Shown: positions 24,843-36,060 of the stretch, one piece after another
Position numbering within the stretch: the first letter of the stretch is position 1
Layout of the letters: each line of letters starts with the position of its first letter
NCBI GenBank assembly: GCA_016748015.1
Contig: JAAOMT010000697.1
Location: 566,868 to 630,867 of the forward strand
DNA from: Geosiphon pyriformis uo1
Taxonomy: Eukaryota > Fungi > Glomeromycota
Direction of reading: 5' to 3'
Length of the DNA: 64,000 bases
The notes under the pieces: generated by a model
Database searches by the model: none
The model's input: the letters and a program-made list of their open reading frames with translations, nothing else
What the model was told of the DNA's origin: nothing
Translations under genes and position numbers: made by a program

Positions 24843-26736
24843 ATGAGTTCAGAAGACAATAAGATTTCCATGGGAAATCCCTGCTTTAATCCAGTGTTAG
24901 AAAGTGCCCGTTTTATTTTTGAGGTATTGCTTGCAAAGGACTAGCTTAGGCTTCTGGCTCCCAACTAAATTTAACATTCTCCCTTCAAATTTCTTTGTAA
25001 AGCATAGTCAAGATGTAAAAATTGATGGGGAAGGGGTAGAACACGCTGCTAAATTAGTGAGTCCTCACTCAACTGATATCATCGCATTAATGTATTTAAC
25101 GCAAGCGGTTAATTATTATAAAGATTTACGAGAATTTCAGGAAAAATAAATATTCAATAGCAAATTGGAAACAACATGAGCTTCACCCCAAGTCAGCTAA
25201 TGATGAAGCTATTAATTGGTGAATGCCTCAAAATAGTAAACTTTTGATAATTCAGCAAAGGGAATATTATAATACTTTAGATCAATAATTGGATTTTCCT
25301 CGCAAAATCTTAGGATCTTTCTTGTAGATTTATTAAATTTTTCGTTCTGGTCAGAGTTTGATCCCCAAGAAAAGGGAACATCGTGTCTTGAACGATTTGG
25401 AATTTCTTTTAATGGGAAGCGGTACACAGGCTATTGGTCATTATGTGCTGCCATAAATCGAGGTTTGATAGAGTGATACTTGGGGCTATATATATTTTTG
25501 GGTATGGGGTTGTTTTCTTGGATTAGGTGTCTCTTAATTTCATTATAATAAACAGCTCTCAAAAATGGTATCCCAATTACAACACCAGCATTTTACGCTT
25601 CCACAGAAAAATTATCCAATTCTGAGATCAAACAAATATTTCAGTCGGATAGCATAGAACCGATGCCTTTGCTAGCTGAGAGGATTAATCTTCTTAGAGA
25701 AGCTGGTCAAATATTAACCGAGGTACGTAAAATTTGTTTAGAAAATCTGTAGATTTGCTACACTTGTTTCTCCCCGTTAACGCAACCTGAAAAATCATCA
25801 AGAGATTCAACGGAAGCTTTGCTAATTGTATTTTGCGAGCGAATAACTCGGCGATGAATTTATTAAATATAATCACCGAGAATTTCCCATCATTTCGTGA
25901 CGAGTGCGAATTTCTTGGAATACCTGGTATTACTAAATATTACATTAACAAAAAATTCATACATTGATGTTCGTGAAATTTCCGGTAAATGACAGAAATT
26001 TCCCATGGATTAATAGTCCAATTTTACAAAAGAGCTCAAATCTTAATTGGTGATATATGGTAAATGACAATTCACGTTTTGCACATTTGGTTTTATGGTT
26101 TTTTAATAATATTTTGCACCCAATTTCCTATAAGGGCCTGTTTCGAAGGTCAAGGCCTTGGAAATTTTCACGATATTGATTATATGACAATGTTTGCCGA
26201 TTACCGGTATCTCAAATTGCTTATTTTTTATTCGGGAAGGGAGTAATAAAACATTATATTAATCTTTATTAAATCATATGTCTCAGAGTTCCACAGGTTC
26301 GCATTTGAATTGAGAATTCCCATCATTGGATTTCGCTATAACTATTCCAATAATCATTTCTCCCTTAAGGCGCTTCATAATCTACGTGTTCTCTCTTATT
26401 CCCCTCACCTCCTCGAGACTCTAAGTGCACTCACTCTATTACCTTATGGCTCCCGGCTTGAAATGGAAATCCGTGGTATATTTAATGTTTTTTTAGAGAC
26501 TGAGCTTCACTTGAGATTCTAATAACCACACTACTTTTTATAAAGGATGTTCAATATGGGCTGTGGAACTTATAAGACGAATAATTGTGAATGAATTGAA
26601 AAAATTTTCCCCAGAAGATGATGCTACTCTGCCGTTAAATGCAATTATTTTGGACTTTTACATTTGGGATTTTGCTACCGCCAACAAATCAATGATGAGC
26701 ATAAAGGCTCATCGGACTAGAAGCATCTTTTATTGA
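24843..26736 (+). CDS. QNG1: Queuosine salvage hydrolase (DUF2419 / C9orf64 family), ~10 exons
   Basis: Spliced translation gives [104 protein letters not shown]. Confidence 0.93.
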
Positions 26737-27297
26737 TTTGATTTCGAATAAATAATTTAGAAAAATAAAAATTTCATGGAAAATCTTCGGTCAGTAAGAC
26801 CGTTAGCAATATAGAGGATTTAGAATGACTTTATTACCATTTTCTTCCAGTCCTTGTATCTAGCCAAGAAAATACCATGTCAGACAACAAGTTATAAACA
26901 TAATAGATAGTTTTTCTAAATCTTGCTCCTAAACGAATAGGTCAACTTGTATTTTACAATTTTTTCTAAAAATCAGTTTTCGATTTTATTTGGCAAAATA
27001 ACCATAAAATTAAGACATCAATTCTTAAATTTTTATTGATACAGGTTTATCTTGTGCCGGAATTACATTGCGATATAAATATTGATCTCTTGTTATTTTA
27101 ATGAAGCATTTAATATGCTCTAACGAAATTAATATTCTAGGTTTTTTACCTTCGAATCTATTATGCTTAAAAATTTGGAGATGCAAAAATCACAAAATCG
27201 AAATAGTATTTACTCCAGTTAGCAACGGAATTGACAAACTCCTCGAACTTACCTAATTGGATTCTTTATCCTCGATGATTAAAAATTATTTAAGCCT

Positions 27298-30200
27298 TTA
27301 TCTCTGGTCAGGTTCATTCCATGTATTTCCAGGAGTCATTGGCATTGGAGCGGGGGTCATAGGAGCTGGTGTGGGCGCGGAAAAGGGAGCAGGTGTGGGT
27401 GCGGAAAAGGGAGCAGGTGTTGGTGCGGAAAAGGGAGCGGGCGTTGGTGCGGAAAAAGGACCAGGAGTTGGAGCTGCATAGTTCATTGGGGTTTCAACCC
27501 CAGGAGTTGCAGCAATAAACCCGGGGGTGTCAGGTGCAGGAGTTGTTGCCGTAAAAGTGGCAGCCTCCGACATAGGGCTTCCAGGAAAATCAGATGTGTA
27601 AGCAGGAGTTCTAGAACCTTCACCCCATCTCGGCGTCTTACTGCCTGAATCCCAAGCTGGAGTCTCTGACCCGTCAGCTCCCCAAGCTGGAGTTCTACTA
27701 CCGAGGTCCCATGCGGGTACCCTTGATCCCTCATTATAATGATGTGCCGGAGTTCGGGAGCCATCACTGAGATGTATTGCAGGAGTTCTGGATCCATCAT
27801 TAAGATGAGGATTGGGTGACATGGCGGGATTCCAAGCAGGGGTTCGAGATCCTCCCCATTGAGAAGTGCGGGAGTCTGCTCGCCAGCTTGATCCAGTAAA
27901 CGCCGGGGAACCATAGGCACTACTGCCACCTCCATAATCCAATTGGACTGGTCTAGTTATTCCATTGGCGCTAAAATTTTATGTTATTAAAGGAATAGAA
28001 AATAAATAGGCAAATAAAATAAAATGAAATAAAGTAACTTACTCTCGTAATTCAAGTTTTGTTTTTTCAACATTGACAATTTTACAATTAGTATGAAGTT
28101 CCACGCGGGCCACTGAATCAGTAGTCTCTTTCACGATTCCAATATATCCCTTATATGGGCCTTTGACAATCGTAACGGTTTTATCTACTAAGTCATCTCT
28201 TCGTCCTCTTCCACCATAACTACCTCGGCCACTTCGACCTCGACCTCGATTGCCCCATTGACGGAACTGAGGTGTAGATTGTTGTAAGAAATTGGGATTC
28301 ATAGTATTGAGAACTTCCGGATTTAACCTGTCTAATGCCGGCAACGCCTAACAAGCTCGAAGAAATAATTATTGAAGTTTAAGAAAAGTTCAGATACGTT
28401 TAATGAATTTAATTAACCAACTCACAGATTTGGCATTCTTATTGACCAAAGATTTCCATCTTGTCACAAATACACCACCATTTTCCGTGTTGCTACGACA
28501 GGCCACGAATGCGAAGAACCTATGGAGATGTAGTAATTTCCCTTGTCTTAACTTGATATCAGAAAAAAGAGTATGTATTTATTTTAAAATGGTAATTGGA
28601 AATTGTTTTTGACTAAAAATCATTCTTACGTCTCCATCAAGCTCTTGTACAATATCACCCTCTTTTAATTGAGATCCTTTCATATCCGTTACGATCATTT
28701 TACGCGTTTCAATTTTATGGATAATTTGTTCAAAATCAGCAGTTTTAATTGTTTCATTTTGATCTAATACGCGATATTGTCCAGGCTCTACATTTATTAT
28801 GACCCCAACTGTACCAGCGCTGATTTGAGATAAAACATGAAATAAATATTCTTTGATTATGAAAAGAATCCAGAAAATTCGAGAAATAGAAATAAACTTG
28901 CTCTAGTTTGACAAGATCATGAAGTTCATACTCGGCTGAACTTGTGGTGATACCTTTTGCCATTTCTGAAACTTTTTTCAAGTCTTTGGAAAATACTTTG
29001 ACCTTAGAGGTAAAAAAAAAAAAATTAATCAGCATCTAATTGATGTACATATCTTATTAAAAAGGGCAATAACTTAATTACCTCGTTATAAGTATTATTA
29101 CACAATATCGTAACGGTGCTTTCCGATATTGAAACAATCATGCCTTCCTCATTTTTATGCTTTCCATTCAAAACTTTAACTTGGTCTCCGACACTAAACT
29201 TCTTGCGAAGATTTGAAGGGGGTACTGTTATTCGACCGGTTCCTCTCGAATTTTTGAAGGTGATAGTATCTTTTTCGATAACTTCTATCATTCCATGGGC
29301 ACCACCACTTATAAGTTCTACTTCATCGCCTGGCTGGAAATCTGTTCTTAGAGCGACTGAAGGCAAAGTTGGTTCACCTGCGACTTTTTTTTAAAACAAA
29401 GAAAAATTATTATTTTTGGATTCGTGCGTAATAGAAGCTCTTTTTTTCTGATTACCTTCTCTAGAATCATCAATACCAGCGGCAGTGAATTGGGTAATCT
29501 CATCCATTGTAGGGCTGACATTTTCGATGATCTTAATGTTAGGAGAGAATTTAATCAAAATTTTGAGTGATCCTGAACTTTCTTTTTACAAATGTTCGAG
29601 ATAAAGTGCAATAAAACAGAAAGGATCAAAACCAACCAAATTTGTAAGTTTAATTTCTCTCATTATGTAACCACGTTTGATTCCCAGTGAGGAAGATCCA
29701 GGTTTTTTTCGTTTACCGTTAGTAGATTTATCGTCATCTTTGAGAGCGCGTCTAACAAGTCTTACGCGGGCAGAATCACCAGATTCTGCTACGTCAATAA
29801 TCTAAGAAATTATTAGGAAGTGAATATTAACCAGAAAAAAAATCTATCTATATTCAAGAATCTTTGGTTAGAACTTACCTGTCCTAAATCTCCAGCAGAT
29901 TTCCCTCTTTTTACTTTGACCCATCCGCCAGGTTTCATCTCTGTTTGCCTCTTTCTGACATTCAAAACCTGACCTCTCTCCATTAAGGGCACCAGGGTAA
30001 TTTTCGATGCATAAAGATTATTGATATTTTGTACAGCCTTTACGGAAAGTTAAGATTAGTTAAAGGTGACTAGAAAATTTGGGAAGACATTAATAATACA
30101 GATTTGAATAAATGATTTTACCGCTTGTACATGGGCCAACTTCCAAGCTTCCACATAAATATAACCTTTCAAGGAGTCTCGACAAGATACAGAGAGAAGA

Positions 30201-31227
30201 TGCAAAGGTTTATCACTGTATTCACTGTCGCAAGATTTTTTCATCAACAAACACACTATTTCTCTCTCTTTTCCCGGCTATGTTAAATTGAATAAGATAC
30301 CAAAAATTTTTTTGTTTCAAACAACGTTTTGAAAAGTCAGGAAAGGGTGTAAAGAGGATATTCATGCTCAGCTACCTTACACTTAAGCATCCAAATGTGC
30401 GGTTCATTCACATCTGCCAATTGCATAATCTTGGGAAGATTTGAATCAGAATCGGCTCTCACCCCACGCCTTCGTCCATGTCGAGCTTTCAATCCGGCGG
30501 CAACAGCTTCAGCATCAAATTCTTCATCTTGCTGTCTTCTGCGTTCAAGCTCAAGATGATGAGATTGTCTATAGGCGCTTTCAAGCTCTTCATCAGCTTC
30601 GTCGTTCGCAATAAACTCTAAATTTTGAAATGTAAAATTAAAAGCAAGCCAAAATTATAATAGCTAGGTAATTGAATAGATATTTCATGAAGGTTTTGAA
30701 ATTTATTATTTCTCACTCTCTGAGACAACGAGCTCGTCCTCCTCGTCTTCCTCATCGTCCTCATCGTCCACTTCTGCTTCTTCGAGGACATACATGTTAC
30801 CGGGATCACGACGTCGTTTTTTACCACGCTGTAGAAAAAAATAAGGAATATACATTAGCAGGAACAATTATTGAAATGATATTTCATTATAGACACTAGA
30901 GGATAATTATAAATCGAGTGGCACCCATGAAAAAGTTCAAGTAGGCATTAAGAAAATTAAGATGACTACTTTTCGACCCTGCTCCTCATAGTCATCGTCC
31001 TCCTCGTCCTCTTCTTCTTCCTCCTCTTCGTCGTCCTCCTCCTCCTCTCCCTCCTCGTTTCCTTGAGTTTCTTCTTCACCCTGGGCGTCTGCTGTTTGAT
31101 CAAAACCACCAAAATCTTCTTCTGCGTCAGGATCTTCGGGGTGAGTATCATTTTGATTAGTCTCTTCTTCACTCCAACCACCGTCACCTTCTAAACTTGC
31201 GACACCTTCGTCCTCTGAGTACGACAT
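27298..31227 (-). CDS. SPT5: Transcription elongation factor Spt5 (acidic N-terminus, NGN, KOW domains, C-terminal repeats), multi-exon
   Basis: Acidic N-terminus. NGN: PHIWMLKCKPGKEREIV, LKGYIYVEA. KOW1: WVKVKRGKSAGDLGQ. LRKKFSVGDQVKVLNGKHKNEEGMIV. KOW5: KTVTIVKGPYKGYIGIVKETTDSVARVELH. GSRTPAW repeats. Confidence 0.96.
27345..27860 (-). repeat. Spt5 C-terminal repeats: eight GS(R/K/E)(T/V)P(A/R)x units, then a 24-bp tandem encoding APTP(A/G)PFS
   Basis: Seen in ORF 27298-27942. The nucleotide tandem lies at ~27360-27477. Confidence 0.9.
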
Positions 31228-31515
31228 GACAAAAGATGAAATTCAAGTATGAGATCCGGAAAAAATAAGTAGATTCACTAAGAGTGGGAATATAAATTAT
31301 ATGTCTGTATGTAACTATCAAAGTAGATAATCATGGGGCCAGTCATGGTTATACGTCACCAAACATATGAGCTATGACTCGCGAAGCCGCATATCAATTT
31401 TATTGACTTTCGAGAGTATTTGTTCCTTGTTACGATAGGCCTTTCAAAAAATTTATTGATTAAGAAAGCTTACTATCTTCTCAACATAAAAACTTAAAGT
31501 TATAGCCTTTCAATA
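31228..31515. promoter_or_regulatory. Divergent promoter region SPT5/SNF7 (288 bp between ATGs)
   Basis: Head-to-head start codons. Imperfect inverted repeat at 31341-31379. Confidence 0.6.
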
Positions 31516-32823
31516 ATGCAACTTTTTTTCGGTAAAACGAAACCCAAGGCAAACGCCAAAGATGCTATCGTTCGTCTACGAGACACTCTTCAAATGCTGG
31601 AGAAACGAGAAAATCATTTGCAAAGCAAAATTGACACAGAACTCGAGAACGCCAAAAGAAACGCTACTGGAAACAAAAGAGGTGGGCTGTTTTCAGAATC
31701 TCTCCTTTATGTTAAAAGAGTAAAGTATGGCAAACTGTAGCTGAAATTGTCAGCTCTCAACCAGCTTGAGCGAGAGCCCATTAAAGCAGATTTACAAAGT
31801 TATCCAGTGGAAATTTTTCGCGTGACTTTGCGTATCTCATACACAAAGTTAATTAGCACACTTCGAATTTTTCACGTCGTTATAAGTAGTTTCAGCGCTA
31901 TACACACAAACTAGATATTACGGAAATCAGAAGTGATAAGTCCTCGTCCAAACTTGTTTTCTTTTTGTCGACAAACAGCAAAAACCGAGGAGTTATATGC
32001 CTTTCGAGAGTTTTTGATGCTGAAAACAGAATTTAATATCTTTTTGAATGAAATCCAAAACCAAAATATAGCTGCCCTGTTAGCTCTCAAACGAAAAAAG
32101 CAATATGAAAGTCAGATAGAAAAGATTTCTGGGGCTCGTTTAACGATTGAGACCCAGGTAATGGCTATCGAAAATGCAAACGTCAACCTTGAAACAATCA
32201 AAGCCATGGAAAAAGGTGCTGAAGCAATGAAAGCAATACATGGATCCATGTGATTATTATTTTCATCCTCACTTTAAGACTTTCCTTTTGAATATCATAA
32301 CTCCTTACTAATTTAATTTATCATAAAATCTATTTTTTTCTTTGATATTTTTCACTCTCATATCAGGGATATTGATAAAGTTGATGACACAATGGAATCT
32401 ATACGTGAACAAATGGATTTGGCAGATGAAATTTCTATCGCAATTTCTGCACCAATGACTTCGATTGATTTAGATGATGTTCGTACAAAATATTTTTTGC
32501 ATGAAACTTTAATATATATATATTTAATTATTTCTTTTAAATTCTTTTCTTTGGATTAGGATGAATTAAATGCTGAATTAGAAGAGCTAGAACAAGAGGC
32601 GCTCGATAGTCAATTATTAACTGCTGAAACTCCACCAGTAACAGTGCCAAATGCACCTACAACTGAACCTGGTATTTTTAAAAAAAATTTATCTGCTTTA
32701 TTTTTTTAAATATTTGAGATTCATGTTATTTTAATTTTATTTAAATCAGGTATAAGGGTAAAACAGGTAGATTCGGAGGAGGATGCAGAATTAGAGGATC
32801 TACGAGCTGCAATGGCATTGTAG
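31516..32823 (+). CDS. SNF7: ESCRT-III subunit Snf7/Vps32/CHMP4. Predicted exons: 31516-31681, 32072-32249, 32367-32478, 32560-32671, 32750-32823.
   Basis: AIVRLRDTLQMLEKRE, NKRAALLALKRKKQYE, LTIETQVMAIENANVNLET, DIDKVDDTM..IREQ, DEL.AELEELEQE, EDAELEDLRAAMAL*. Confidence 0.96.
31736..32031 (+). ncRNA. Candidate intronic H/ACA-type snoRNA in SNF7 intron 1
   Basis: The intron is 390 nt, against ~60-120 nt for the others. Stem 31740-31749/31887-31896, ANANNA at 31904-31909, stem 31936-31946/31986-31996, ACA at 32026-32028. Confidence 0.4.
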
Positions 32824-33409
32824 TTAAAATTATAATATGGTTATAATCTCGATTAAGTTTATTTCTTGAATTTTTAATTCAAACAAATGGTGTTTGACTG
32901 GTTTGATTTCGAACTACATTTTTTTATTAAAATACATGTCATTTATTTAAACTTGAATTCTTTAACAAATATTAATCGATTACATGATTATTGCTGAGAA
33001 CCAAAAAAGATTATTTTTATTTATTAGAATAATAATAATAATGATAAATGATTTTATAATTAATAATTTTTGAATAAATATGTTGATTTTTGAGATTTTT
33101 GTTTGACATTATATTTACAATAATATATATTTTTATATTTTTGTAATTTAATTTAATTAATACAATTAATTAATAATATCAAAAAATAATTATATTATAT
33201 ATTATTGTGTTTTTGTAATTTATTAATATTTATATAATTTTGTTATTATTTAATATTTTTTTAATATATTTTAACAAAGTATAATTTTATTAATAATTAA
33301 TTTTGTTTTTACTTTTAAAATTTAAACTATAAATTTAATTTATGTATAAAAAATACATAATTGGTTATTTAAAACAACAATAAACTATTACATAAAAAAA
33401 AATTTATAT

Positions 33410-33510
33410 TGGTTTGTTTCTTGGGAAATTGTGAAATATAAAAACAGAAAAAACTAAAAACTTCTTACAAAAATATGCTCTTTGAGAAATTTCGGACATA
33501 AGAGAGAAAG
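33410..33510 (-). other. Isolated, little-mutated LINE 5'-terminus (5' UTR / putative internal promoter) motif
   Basis: aaaaacttcttacaaaaatatgctctttgagaaatttcggacataagagagaaag aligns to the LINE 5' ends at 48375-48430 and 58257-58312, and in reverse complement to 34275-34335. It keeps G/C and a CpG that those copies lost. No ORF1 follows. Confidence 0.8.
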
Positions 33511-34274
33511 AATTTTTTAAATAAAAAATTTAATCAAATTAGGATAAATCTAGTTGTAACAATCTGTTACATAAAATATAACTTAAATTATTTTTTATTA
33601 TATAGCTTAAAACTATTTAATTTAAAAAAAAAATTTTCTATTAACTTTTTTAAATGTTAAAAAGATTTTTAATAAATTTTTTAAGTATAAATTATTAAAT
33701 TTACAGGTTTTAAAATAAGTATTTCAAAATTTATAGCTGTTTTTTATAAACCTAAAAGTTAAATTTTTGAATTATTTTTAACAAAAACCATAAAAATTTT
33801 TTTAAATAATAATATTACTTTAACTAATAAATATTTTAAGACAATTTAAATAATTTAAAATTGTTTTTGTTAATTAGCTTTTGAATAGTTATAAAATATA
33901 TTTTATAAAAAACTTTTACTATTAAAAGTATTTAAATCTTAAAAAATAAAAAATAAAAAAAATTAGTATAAAATAATTAACAATAAATAATACAAAAAAT
34001 AACAGAAAATATTAAGTTTTTAAAAGTTATTTTACATAGTTAAGTTTTAATTTAAAAAAATTTTAAACTTTAAAATTAAAATAAAAAAAATTGTTTTTAT
34101 TTTTATTTTTTAATTTTAATAAAATTATCTTTATAATAATTTATAAATAAAAATTTTTATATTATTATTAAAAAACTTATTTTTTATTTTAAATTAAAAT
34201 TATATATAAATTATATAATATTTTTAAAATTATTATTTAAAATAATAGTTTTAATTATAATTAATAAAATAAAA

Positions 34275-36060
34275 TTTTTTTCTTTTATTCTTTCTAAATT
34301 TCTAAAAAAACTATATTTTAGAAAAAAAGTTTTTTTTGCTTTTGTTATTTTTTTTGTCTATTATTTATTTTTACTATTTAGTTTAATAATAAGATTATTA
34401 ATGGCAGTAATATTATAATTATAAAGAAAACTATTAAAAATATTGGTATTAATTCAGATAAAAAGAGCTTGTCTTTGAAAAAAAGTGCAGAAATAATATT
34501 TTAAGTAATAATATTAGTGGTTCTGAATCTGTTTGGTAAAAAAAATCTATAGATAATAATAATAAAAAGTTGAAAATAGGTAATATTACTAAATTAAAAA
34601 GTATTAACATAAAAAAAGATTATTTGGTTAAAAATATTAGTATTAATTATAACAGTAAGAATAAAATTAGCAAAATTAATATTAATATAACTTCAAAAAA
34701 CAAAAAACTAGTTACTAAGTTGGTAATAAACAAACTTTTAAGAAAAATTAATTTTTTTGATAAATGTAATATTAATAACATAAATAATAAGATTGTTTTA
34801 TCTTTTTCTCTTAAAAATTTGGTTTAAGTCTCAGTCAGTAAATCATTTATTTTGAATTTGAATTTAAATGCAGTTAATAAAAAATCAGTTTAGAAAAAAC
34901 TTAAAATTGTCAAAAAATTATTTTCAAACATTAATAATTTTAAAAGTGTATCTATTTTTTCAAAATTTGCTGAAATTATTAGGACAATATTTATTTTCAA
35001 ATTGAGCATAATATTAGTATTAAAAAAAACAAAAATGTAAAAATTTTAATAAATGCTAATTTCAAAAAATTAATTAGACATTCAAATTAAGCTGTAATAA
35101 TTAAAAAAATACAATTGAAATATTAGTTAAGACTATACATATTGTATTATTCAAATTTGGTAAAATTAAGTTAATTAAAATACAATTGATAGGACTATGA
35201 CAGAAAGCTGTAATGAAATTTATATAATTAAATCATACTAATTTAATTATAATTAAGTGATTTATCTTGATAAGAAAAAATACTATATATATTCCTAAGA
35301 CTAATATAAACAAAAAAATTTGGAATACAAGAAACTATAATAAAACATGACTTTATATAATGTTAGTAAAAACAAATATTTATAATATTTGAGACTTTAT
35401 TAGATTAATGAATAAAAAAACATGTGTAATTAATCATTATCTAATTATATATACTTAAACTGGATATACTATAATCTGTTTTGAATTTGTTAATTTATTA
35501 AATACTATTATGAAAATTATATTAGTGTCAAGAAACACTAATCTGTATTAGTCTTAATTAAGTCTAGCCAAATATGCAAAATATGAAAAGATAAAACATA
35601 TGTCTGTTAATTATGCCAATAGTAAAAAAGTTTTTATAGACAGCTTTATTTATAAAATATTTTCAAAAGCAGATAAAAGCAGATTAACTGTTATTTATGT
35701 CAAATATTTGGCTTTTATTGCTTGTTTAATGTTTTTTAGTAGTGTTTTTTATTGGTAGTTCTTTATTTTTTTTTCTTTTTGTATAAAATATTTCTTTAAA
35801 AGTTGGTTTTTCTTCAAAAATAAAGTCTTTTTTACTAATTATGTTAAATATTAATAATAAATTTGCAAATTTAAAACACAATCTTACTGGTTTTGCAGAA
35901 CAAATTAGTAAGTTAACAGAGAGATTAGATATACTTAAGCTGATAATTTCTCAGTTATGTTCTAAATATTAGTTATTAGTGATTTTTTTATTATAAAATT
36001 AAGAAACAGATATAATAATAAGTAAAAATTCAAATGCAGTTATTAGCAATAAGACTATAA
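34275..36060 (+). mobile_element. Decayed LINE 5' part (5' UTR plus ORF1 with RRM and zinc-knuckle relics), 3'-truncated
   Basis: 5' motif at 34275. The ORF1 relic is collinear with 56560-58192 (KLFSNINNF, KFGKIKLIKIQLIGL*QKAV, KYAKYEKIKHMSVNY). Confidence 0.8.

Noticed and set aside
27360-27477. 24-bp direct repeats as a CRISPR-like array
   Set aside because: There are no spacers; they encode the Spt5 APTPAPFS repeats.
31682-32071. SNF7 intron RNA as telomerase RNA, U17/snR30 or RNase P/MRP
   Set aside because: No CUAACCCU template, no exact snR30 m1/m2 motifs and no P4 consensus were found.
21091-33510. The gene island as cargo retrotransposed inside one LINE
   Set aside because: The genes retain introns on both strands and no TSD is visible, so RNA-mediated capture is implausible.
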